This document shows, piece by piece, positions 43,846 through 51,638 of a stretch of 64,000 nt of DNA. The stretch spans positions 1,047,239-1,111,238 of the forward strand of contig OZ251572.1 in the NCBI GenBank assembly GCA_965243515.1, given 5' to 3'. The notes below the pieces were generated by a model, which did not search any database, was not told where the DNA came from, and saw only the letters and a list, made by a program, of their open reading frames with translations. The stretch's first letter is position 1. Every line of letters starts with the position of its first letter. Origin of the DNA: Phototrophicaceae bacterium. Lineage in GTDB: Bacteria > Chloroflexota > Anaerolineae > Aggregatilineales > Phototrophicaceae. The position numbers and the translations under genes are program-made.

Positions 43846-44967
43846 CTAGCGTCTCACTTTTTTTTTAGACTGCGCGGCCTGCTCGTCGCTGTTTTCGGTG
43901 AATTCGCCGGCCTCTTCGCCTTCGCCTATTTCCTGCCGTTTGTCTTCGACGGCCGATTCGACTGCGTTGAGATCAGCTTGGGCGTCAGTAAAGGGCCCGC
44001 GCTTGAGACGGTGCGGAATGGTCAGGCGGATCGCCAGGGTAATGTCGCGGTCATTGATGGCCACGCGCCCTTCATAAGCGGCATGGGCCCGCGCGGCTTT
44101 CAGCACCACCAAATCGGCGCGGTGACCGTCGATATGCAGATCGCTGATGATGCTGGCGATGACGCGCAGGTCGCTGCTGGTATGCGAAACCTGGTCGATA
44201 ATCTGGCGGGCGGCGGCGATGCGCTGTGACAATTCATCATCAACTGGCTCCCATTCGGCCTTGAAGTCCAGCGGACTGTTTTCATAGGCGATATGCCGTT
44301 CCAAAATCTCAATTCGTTCGCCGGCGGCCTTGATGCCAGTGACATCGACCGAAAGCGCAAAGCGGTCAAGCAGCTGCGGACGGAGGTCGCCTTCTTCGGG
44401 GTTCATCGTGCCGACCAGGATAAAACGCGCCGGATGGCTGAAGCTGATGCCCTCGCGCTCGACGATGTTGATGCCCATGGCGGCGCTGTCCAGCAAAAGA
44501 TCAACAATATGATCGTCAAGCAGGTTGATCTCGTCGACGTACAAAATGCCGCGGTTGGCGTTGGCCAGCACGCCGGTATCGAAATGACGTTCGCCGAATT
44601 GAATCGCCTTTTCGATGTCGAGCGTGCCGACCACGCGGTCCTCGGTCGCGCTGACTGGCAGATCGACAAAACTGATGCGGCGGCTGGCGATTGGCATATC
44701 GGCGGCGTCGCTGTACTTTTGGCGGGCAAAATCCGACCACGATTCGGGGCGATAGGGATCGTCGTTGAAGGGCGAATCGGCGATGACCTGTATCTCTGGC
44801 AGCAGGGCGGCCAAGGCGCGGGCGGCCGTCGACTTGCCGGTGCCGCGTTCGCCGCGGATCAGCACGCCGCCGATCCTCATGTCAATCGCGTTAAGGATCA
44901 GCGCCAGCTTCATCAAATCCTGCCCGACAATGGCGGTGAAGGGATAGACAGGCGGTCGTTTGCTCAT
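43846..44967 (-). CDS. AAA+ ATPase of the Mg-chelatase subunit I family (BchI/ChlI-like)
   Basis: YPFTAIVGQDLMKLALILNAID..IGGVLIRGERGTGKST (Walker A), ILYVDEINLLDDHIVD (Walker B), VGTMNPEEGDLRPQLLDRF and an acidic C-terminal tail. Confidence 0.9.
   Translation of the reverse strand: MSKRPPVYPFTAIVGQDLMKLALILNAIDMRIGGVLIRGERGTGKSTAARALAALLPEIQVIADSPFNDDPYRPESWSDFARQKYSDAADMPIASRRISFVDLPVSATEDRVVGTLDIEKAIQFGERHFDTGVLANANRGILYVDEINLLDDHIVDLLLDSAAMGINIVEREGISFSHPARFILVGTMNPEEGDLRPQLLDRFALSVDVTGIKAAGERIEILERHIAYENSPLDFKAEWEPVDDELSQRIAAARQIIDQVSHTSSDLRVIASIISDLHIDGHRADLVVLKAARAHAAYEGRVAINDRDITLAIRLTIPHRLKRGPFTDAQADLNAVESAVEDKRQEIGEGEEAGEFTENSDEQAAQSKKKVRR
43858..43866 (-). repeat. A9 homopolymer (T9 on the + strand) 10 nt before the stop of the BchI-like gene; candidate slippery site
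   Basis: The minus strand reads CAG TCT AAA AAA AAA GTG AGA CGC TAG. Confidence 0.95.
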
Positions 44968-45105
44968 GGGTTTCGATTGTCCCTCATCATAACGAATTTC
45001 ACTGAATGGCTGATTATAGGATAGAGTAGCGGCTGTGACAATATGGATTTTCGACGGTGGCTGGTATAAACTTGTCCTCTTATTGATTTTGGAGGGAGCA
45101 AGACC

Positions 45106-45519
45106 ATGCAGATGAAATACAAGTCACAGGTTCGGGGGATGCTGGCGGGCGCAAGGGGCGATGCGCGGCGTTTTTATGAGGACAAGCTGAACTTTGAGAC
45201 TGACCCGGCGGATGTTTATGCGGACGTCAAAAACGGCGTGGACGACTTTGTTATTCTGGATGTACGCAACGCGGATGATTATGCCGTCAAGCATATTGAA
45301 GGCGCGCTTAGTCTACCGCACAGCCGCATCAATGCCAAGCGGATGAGCGAGTTCGCGGCGGATACACTGTTTGTGGTGTACTGCTGGGGGCCGGGCTGCA
45401 ATGGTTCGACCAAAGCCGCGCTTAAACTGGCGCAGCTTGGCTGTGCCGTCAAGGAGATGATTGGTGGCATTGAATACTGGGAACGCGAGGGCTATCCGGT
45501 GGCTGCGTCCAGTGATTGA
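45106..45519 (+). CDS. Rhodanese-domain sulfurtransferase-like protein
   Basis: VILDVRNADDYAVKHIEGALSLP and the active-site loop VVYCWGPGCNGS. Confidence 0.85.
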   Translation: MQMKYKSQVRGMLAGARGDARRFYEDKLNFETDPADVYADVKNGVDDFVILDVRNADDYAVKHIEGALSLPHSRINAKRMSEFAADTLFVVYCWGPGCNGSTKAALKLAQLGCAVKEMIGGIEYWEREGYPVAASSD

Positions 45520-45580
45520 TTTTGCGGACGGTCGAGGTTGTGGACAAATTGGCGAAAATCCCCGTACTTGAGGCGGCGCG

Positions 45581-46525
45581 GTGAGCGAAACCATCATCTG
45601 CGTCACCCCCAATGCGGCTTTGGACCGCACCTTGGTCGTCCCCGATTTTGCTGTAGGGCGTATCTCGCGCATCCGTCAGGGCATCGCCGTTCCCGGCGGC
45701 AAAGGCCTTAACGTCGTCCGCGCTATTCGCATCCTGGGCGGCGAGCCGTTGGCTATGGGCCTGCTGGGCGGCCATACCGGGCGCACGGTGGCGGCGCTGG
45801 CGGCTGAAGAGGGCTATCAGGCCGAATGGACCTGGCATCAAGGCGAAACCCGCACCTGCACCATTATTGCGCCGCCCGACGGCCATTCTACCGTCATCAA
45901 CGAATCGGGCCAAATCCAAGCCGCCGACTGGGCCAGGCTGGTCGATGACATCTGCCGAATCACCGAACGCGAGCGGGCCAGCATGGTTTGTTTCTGCGGC
46001 AGTCTGCCCTTGGGCGCGCCGTCGCACGCGCCGACCGATGCGATTGAACGGCTCAAGGCGATGGGCCGACAAGTCTGGATCGATTCCAGCGGCGCCGCGC
46101 TTGAAAATGCCATTGCCGCCAAACCGTATGCCGTGAAGGTCAACCGCGACGAGATCGCCGCCGTCTTGGATATGAATGTGAACACCGATGAAGAGGCTGT
46201 TTTGGCGGCCAAGCAGTTGATCGCGGCTGGACTTGGCGCGGCGGTGATTTCGATGGGGGCTGAAGGGGCGATGCTGGCGCGTTCGGATTTGACTGTCAAA
46301 GCGACGCCGCCCGATATTCAAGCGGTTGACCCGATTGCCAGCGGCGACTGCCTGCATGCCGGCCTGCTGACCGCGCTGGCGGCCGGGCGCGGTTTTGTCG
46401 AGGCTGTCCGCGCTGGAGTCGCCGCTGGGACGGTCAATGCGCTGTATGCCGGCGGCGCGCAGTTCACGCGGCGGCATTACCTGGAAATTCTGCGCCATAC
46501 CCAAGTCGAGATTCTGCCAGACTGA
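45581..46525 (+). CDS. PfkB-family sugar kinase (1-phosphofructokinase/tagatose-6-phosphate-kinase type)
   Basis: GTG start, with NAALDRT, PGGKGLNVVRA and the C-terminal DPIASGDCLHAGL. Confidence 0.85.
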   Translation: MSETIICVTPNAALDRTLVVPDFAVGRISRIRQGIAVPGGKGLNVVRAIRILGGEPLAMGLLGGHTGRTVAALAAEEGYQAEWTWHQGETRTCTIIAPPDGHSTVINESGQIQAADWARLVDDICRITERERASMVCFCGSLPLGAPSHAPTDAIERLKAMGRQVWIDSSGAALENAIAAKPYAVKVNRDEIAAVLDMNVNTDEEAVLAAKQLIAAGLGAAVISMGAEGAMLARSDLTVKATPPDIQAVDPIASGDCLHAGLLTALAAGRGFVEAVRAGVAAGTVNALYAGGAQFTRRHYLEILRHTQVEILPD

Positions 46526-46552
46526 CCGCGCGGCAAAAATTTTACAAATAAT

Positions 46553-46581
46553 TTAACATTTTCATACAAGATTCATATACA
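46553..46581 (+). promoter_or_regulatory. Candidate sigma-70-type promoter for the ABC/GldG-like operon
   Basis: TTAACA (46553-58), a 17-nt spacer, then TATACA (46576-81), in an AT-rich gap ~65 nt upstream of ATG 46645. By-eye match only. Confidence 0.3.
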
Positions 46582-46644
46582 GGATTTCTATGATTGCCGC
46601 CGAAAAACAACGGCTTTTGAGTCATGGCCGGGAAAGGACTGCTT

Positions 46645-47559
46645 ATGATCTATGTTCGAAACATCACCAAGCGATACGGCGCGATTGAAGCGCTGCGCGG
46701 CGTGAGCTTTGACATTCAGCCGGGCGAGATAGTCGGTCTGCTGGGGCCCAACGGCGCCGGCAAATCCACGGCGATTAAAATTATGACCGGCTTTCTGCAT
46801 CCAGATGAGGGCGAAGTCGAAATTGATGGCCACAATGTACTGCGCCAACTCCATGCGGTGCAGGCGAAAATCGGCTATCTGTCGGAAAATACGCCGCTGT
46901 ACCCGGAACTGTCGGTGCAAGCGTATCTCACGATGATGGCTGAACTGCGCGATGCGCCGCCGGATCGATTTCTGTCGCTGCTGTCCGATGCGGTTTATGG
47001 GGCTGGTTTGCAGGATTATCTGACCCGTCCGATTGCTTCGCTGAGCAAGGGTTTGCGGCAGCGGGTTGGCTTGGCGCAGGCGATTTTGCACAAGCCGCCG
47101 TTTTTAATCCTGGATGAGCCGACGGTGGGGCTGGATCCAACGCAGATTGTCGAGATACGGAGCCTTATCAAGCGGCTGGCGGCCGAGGCGACTATCCTGT
47201 TCTCATCGCATATTTTATCGGAAGTTGAGGCGATCTGCGACCGGGTCGTGATTGTCATCAATGGGGAAGTCAAAGCCGACCAAAGCCTGCGGGAGTTAAG
47301 CATGAGCAACAACGCCACTCTGGTTTTGCAAGCGGAAGCCGAAGACGCGGCGGCGGCGCTGGCGGGCATTGAGGGCATAACGCGGATCCAGGAAATTCGC
47401 TCGCGGGACGATTATCCAGCCTATCGGATTACAAGTTCGGCTGATATTACGCCGATTATTTATCATATCGCCCGCGACCGGGATTGGGCTGTGCGCGAAA
47501 TTCGGCGCGACAGCGTTACGCTCGAATCCTTCTTCAATCAGATGGCGACCACAGCGTAA
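46645..47559 (+). CDS. ABC transporter ATP-binding protein (GldA/ABC-2 type)
   Basis: Walker A GPNGAGKST, signature LSKGLRQRV and Walker B FLILDEPT. I moved the start to ATG 46645. Confidence 0.9.
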   Translation: MIYVRNITKRYGAIEALRGVSFDIQPGEIVGLLGPNGAGKSTAIKIMTGFLHPDEGEVEIDGHNVLRQLHAVQAKIGYLSENTPLYPELSVQAYLTMMAELRDAPPDRFLSLLSDAVYGAGLQDYLTRPIASLSKGLRQRVGLAQAILHKPPFLILDEPTVGLDPTQIVEIRSLIKRLAAEATILFSSHILSEVEAICDRVVIVINGEVKADQSLRELSMSNNATLVLQAEAEDAAAALAGIEGITRIQEIRSRDDYPAYRITSSADITPIIYHIARDRDWAVREIRRDSVTLESFFNQMATTA

Positions 47560-47568
47560 GGGGGAAAT

Positions 47569-50475
47569 ATGAAGAAGATTCTTTCGATTGCGCGCAAGGA
47601 ACTCAAGCTCTATTTCGGCTCGCCGATGGCGCTGATTTTTGTTGGCGTTTTCCTGGCGCTGACGCTGTTTGTCTTTTTCTGGGTCGATTCGTTTTTTGCC
47701 CGCGGCATAGCGGATGTTCGGGCGCTGTTTGAGTGGATGCCGCTGCTGATGATCTTTTTGGTGTCGGCTTTGACCATGCACCAATGGAGCCGCGAGGAAG
47801 ACAGCGGCAATCTGCAAGTCCTGCTGACGATGCCAATTCATTTGGTCGAACTGGTCATCGGGAAGTTTCTGTCGGCGCTGGTTCTGGTCGCGGCTGCGCT
47901 GGGGCTGACTCTGTTTCTGCCGATTACGGTGGCATCGCTGGGCAATCTTGACTGGGGGCCGGTCATCGGCGGCTATCTGGCGGCTTTGCTGCTGGCATCG
48001 ACTTATATCGCCATTGGTCTCTTTATCTCGTCGAGGACAAGCAATCAACTGGTGGCTCTGATTGGAACGGCGGCGGTCTGCGGTCTGTTCCAGGCGGTCG
48101 GGTCGCCGGTAGTTACGGATTTGCTGGGCGCCAGCGCTGGGGATATTCTGCGCCTGTTCGGGACTGGCAGCCGTTTTGAAAGCATTGAGCGCGGCGTCAT
48201 TGACCTGCGCGATTTGATGTATTATCTGTCGCTGACGGTTTTCTTTTTGGGCTTGAACATTCTGTCGCTGGACAGCAAGCGCTGGAGCCAAGGTCGGCAT
48301 TTGCGCTCGTATCGGCGCAGCGGCAAGATGACGGCGGCGCTGGCTGGCTTGAATCTGCTGGCGTTCAATCTGCTGATTGCGCCGGTTAGCGCGGCGCGGC
48401 TCGACCTGACGCAGAACAGCGAATACAGTCTGTCTGATGCGACTAGGGACTTGCTGGGCAACTTGCGGGAGCCGCTGCTGGTGCGCGGCTATTTCAGTGA
48501 AGAGAGTCATCCTTTGCTGTCGCCGCTGGCGCCGCGCATCAAGGATACGCTGCGGGAATATGAGCTTGCCGCCAATGGCATGATGGAGCTTGAGTTTATT
48601 GATCCGCTGACGAACCCGGAGATGGAGCGCGAGGCGAATCAGATTTATGGCATTCGGCCGACGCCGCTCCAGGTCAATGACCGCGGCGGCGTTTCGCTGG
48701 TCAATGTTTATTTTGATGTGCTGATTGCTTATGGCGATCAGACGGCGACGCTCAACTTTTCGGATTTGATCGAAATCACCGATTATGTTCGTTTGCGGAA
48801 CCTGGAATATGACCTGACAAGCAGCATCCAGCGGGCGGTGTTTGGTTTTCAAAGTCTGGATGCGGCGCTGGATTCGCTGGATGAGCCGGCGCGGCTAAGT
48901 CTGTATCTGTCGTCGGCGACTCTGCCGGAGATGATGCGGGAAGCGAGTCAAACGATGCAGGATGCCGCGGGTGAGATCGCCGCTGGCCGGCCGGACAAGG
49001 TCGTTTTCGAAGTAGTTGATATGTCGGCGCCTGACCCTGGCATCAGCGAACAGGAATTGTTTGACCGCTATGAGATTCAATCAGTGGCGACCAGCTTCTT
49101 TGCCGTCGAGACCTTTTATCTGCATCTGGTGGTGGAATCCGGCGACAGCGTCCAGGTGATTTATCCGTCTGGGGATTTAAGCCAGGTAGAAATGCGTAAC
49201 GCGGTTGAAGCGGCGCTCAAGCGGCTGTCATCGGGGTTTTTGAAAGTGATTGGCCTGTGGCTGCCGCCGGCGCAGGGCGTCAATCAGTTCGGGCAGCAGA
49301 TGCCGAGTTTGCAGCAGTACACCATCTTGGAAAACGATTTGCGCGAGACCTTTGAACTGCGCCGTTTGACGCTGGATGAGGGGCGGGTTCCGAATGAGGT
49401 TGATGTATTGATTGTGGTGGCGCCGCATAACATGACTGACTTGCAGCGGTATGCGATTGATCAGTTTCTTATGCGCGGCGGGTCGGTGATTGTGGCTGGC
49501 GGGCATTATCGGCTGGGGCTGGATCCAGCGCAGGGCGGGCTGAAGCTGGATGTCAACGAAAACGGCATCGAGGATATGCTGGAAAGCTATGGCATTATCA
49601 TCGGCGACGGCCTGGTTTTGGATCGGCAGAATGCGCCGTTCCCGGTGCAGACGCAGCGCGATCTTGGCGATATGGTGGTGAGCGAATTGCAGGCTTTGGA
49701 TTATCCGTTCTTTGTCGATGTGCGGCCCAATGGCTTTGATGCCGAGCATCCGGCGGTCAGCAGCCTGCCCTTTGTCACGATGAACTGGACTTCTTCGGTC
49801 AGCGCCGATGAGACGGTTCTGGCGGATGCGGCGGTCGTTACGTTGATACGTTCAAGCGGCGCCGCTTGGGAAACGGCGGACAGCAATATCCAGCCTGATT
49901 TGGAGGCGTATCCGACGCTGGGATTCGCGGTTGGCGAGGAGCAGGGTTCGTTTCCGCTGGCGGTGGCGGCGCGCGGGTCTTTTGACAGCTTCTTTCTCGA
50001 TAAGCCGTCGCCCTTTGAAGCGTCGGGCGAGGATGATGCCGCCGGCCAGCCTGAAGCCATCGGCTTGATTGAACGGTCGCCTGACAGCGCCGATTTAATC
50101 GTTCTGGGCAGTTCGGAATTTGTGAATGACAATGTGTATCAGATTTCGCGCAGCTTTGGCGACGACCGTTTTTCCAGCAATTTGCAGCTGATTGCCAACG
50201 CTGTTGAGTGGTTCACTGAAGATGGTTCGCTGGCGTCCATTCGCAGCCGCGGCAGCGCGGCGCGCATCCTGCCGCCGATTCGCGCCGCCGAGCAGAATCA
50301 ATGGGTGGCGCTTAATTACGCGGCGGCGCTCATTGGCCTGCTTCTCATTGCCGCCGTCTGGCAAATCCAGCGGCGCGCCGAGAAGCCCATCGCGCTTACT
50401 GCGCCGTCAAGCGGGCTGGCGGGCGCAGAGCAAGCGCATCCCGATGCTATGAACAAGACGGAAGGAGAAGCCTGA
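47569..50475 (+). CDS. Fusion of an ABC-2 permease (GldF-like, ~240 aa) with a GldG-like 'ABC-type uncharacterized transport system' domain and a C-terminal TM
   Basis: N-terminal six-TM ABC-2 module (ARKELKLYFGSPMALIF), then LDLTQNSEYSLSDATRDLL..LREPLLVRGYFS, typical of GldG, and a terminal TM helix. Confidence 0.8.
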   Translation: MKKILSIARKELKLYFGSPMALIFVGVFLALTLFVFFWVDSFFARGIADVRALFEWMPLLMIFLVSALTMHQWSREEDSGNLQVLLTMPIHLVELVIGKFLSALVLVAAALGLTLFLPITVASLGNLDWGPVIGGYLAALLLASTYIAIGLFISSRTSNQLVALIGTAAVCGLFQAVGSPVVTDLLGASAGDILRLFGTGSRFESIERGVIDLRDLMYYLSLTVFFLGLNILSLDSKRWSQGRHLRSYRRSGKMTAALAGLNLLAFNLLIAPVSAARLDLTQNSEYSLSDATRDLLGNLREPLLVRGYFSEESHPLLSPLAPRIKDTLREYELAANGMMELEFIDPLTNPEMEREANQIYGIRPTPLQVNDRGGVSLVNVYFDVLIAYGDQTATLNFSDLIEITDYVRLRNLEYDLTSSIQRAVFGFQSLDAALDSLDEPARLSLYLSSATLPEMMREASQTMQDAAGEIAAGRPDKVVFEVVDMSAPDPGISEQELFDRYEIQSVATSFFAVETFYLHLVVESGDSVQVIYPSGDLSQVEMRNAVEAALKRLSSGFLKVIGLWLPPAQGVNQFGQQMPSLQQYTILENDLRETFELRRLTLDEGRVPNEVDVLIVVAPHNMTDLQRYAIDQFLMRGGSVIVAGGHYRLGLDPAQGGLKLDVNENGIEDMLESYGIIIGDGLVLDRQNAPFPVQTQRDLGDMVVSELQALDYPFFVDVRPNGFDAEHPAVSSLPFVTMNWTSSVSADETVLADAAVVTLIRSSGAAWETADSNIQPDLEAYPTLGFAVGEEQGSFPLAVAARGSFDSFFLDKPSPFEASGEDDAAGQPEAIGLIERSPDSADLIVLGSSEFVNDNVYQISRSFGDDRFSSNLQLIANAVEWFTEDGSLASIRSRGSAARILPPIRAAEQNQWVALNYAAALIGLLLIAAVWQIQRRAEKPIALTAPSSGLAGAEQAHPDAMNKTEGEA

Positions 50476-51494
50476 TGTTGAATCGCAGCAATATGGCGCT
50501 TGCGGTCCTGCTCCTGATACAGACTGCGCTGCTGGGCATTTCGGCCATCGGCGCGACGCGCACTGTCACCGCGCCGACGGGGCCGCTGCTGGCGGGATTT
50601 TCGGCGGCGGCGGTCGAGCGAATCACAGTTGCCGACAATCTCGATAACGAGGTGAGCCTGGCGCGGAGCGAAGAGGGCTGGGTTTTGCCGAATGCGGATG
50701 ACTTCCCGGCGAATGCGGCCAAGATCGAGGAGCTGCTTGGCAAAATCGCTGACCTGAACACTGGGCGGCTGATTGCGTCCAGTTCATCGAGTCTGGCGCG
50801 GCTGGAAGTCGGGGACGATAAGTTCCAGCGGCGGCTAGGCCTGGTGACTGATTCGGCGAGCGAGTCGCTTTATCTCGGCGGCAGCGGCGGCGTTGATGCG
50901 GTTTATGTCCGCCGCGGCGGCGACAGCCAGGTGTATCTGGGCGTCGGGCTGAATACGTGGGAGGCGCCGACCCAAGTTTCGATGTGGATCGACACGAGTT
51001 ATGTCAATGTGCCGCAGGAAGATATCCTGGCGATAACTCTGAACAATGATCATGGCCGCTTCGGTTTCCGCCGCGACGGCGAGGCGTGGGTGTATGCCGG
51101 CCTTGGCGAAGGCGAAACTTTTGATACGACGCGGATGGCGAATATCCTGCGGAATGCGGCTTCGGTTCGCATGACTGAACCGCTTGGGCTGGAGGCGCGG
51201 GATGCGTATGGGCTTGATGACCCGGCGGTCACAGTCGAGGTTTTGCATCGAGAGGTCCTTGAGGTCGAATCGGCGGCGGCTGAAACGGCGGACGAAGCGG
51301 CTGATGAAACCGAAGCTGAAATTGAATATGTCGAGCGGTCTTATACCCTTGCGATTGGCGCGCAGCAGGAGGGCGGCGATTATGCGCTGAAGTCGTCGGC
51401 GAAGGACTATTACGTTCTGGCGCGGCAAACGGCAGCGGATGCCTTTGCTGATGTCAGCCATGAGACGCTGGTCGCAGACGGCGAATCGGAATAA
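50475..51494 (+). CDS. DUF4340-like protein (usual partner of GldG-like proteins)
   Basis: N-terminal TM, then ..VERITVADNLDNEVSLARSEEGWVLPNADDFPANAAKIEELL. Its start overlaps the upstream stop by 1 nt. Confidence 0.65.
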   Translation: MLNRSNMALAVLLLIQTALLGISAIGATRTVTAPTGPLLAGFSAAAVERITVADNLDNEVSLARSEEGWVLPNADDFPANAAKIEELLGKIADLNTGRLIASSSSSLARLEVGDDKFQRRLGLVTDSASESLYLGGSGGVDAVYVRRGGDSQVYLGVGLNTWEAPTQVSMWIDTSYVNVPQEDILAITLNNDHGRFGFRRDGEAWVYAGLGEGETFDTTRMANILRNAASVRMTEPLGLEARDAYGLDDPAVTVEVLHREVLEVESAAAETADEAADETEAEIEYVERSYTLAIGAQQEGGDYALKSSAKDYYVLARQTAADAFADVSHETLVADGESE

Positions 51495-51638
51495 GCTGGC
51501 CGTTTCAATCTTTTGCTATGAGGCCTGCCCGACGGCGGCCTCATCAGCGTTCACTGCAACACAGCCCTCGTTATTTGGATGTTCCGCGTTTATCATGGGG
51601 CGCGTTATTCATCGCCGCGTCAGTCATCGGGGAGAGTT

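Noticed and set aside
51495-51638. Possible T-box leader upstream of glyQS.
   Set aside because: The region is only ~145 nt. I cannot find a T-box sequence (AANNNGGGTGGNACCGCG-like) or a specifier-loop/antiterminator arrangement. There is only one simple hairpin.
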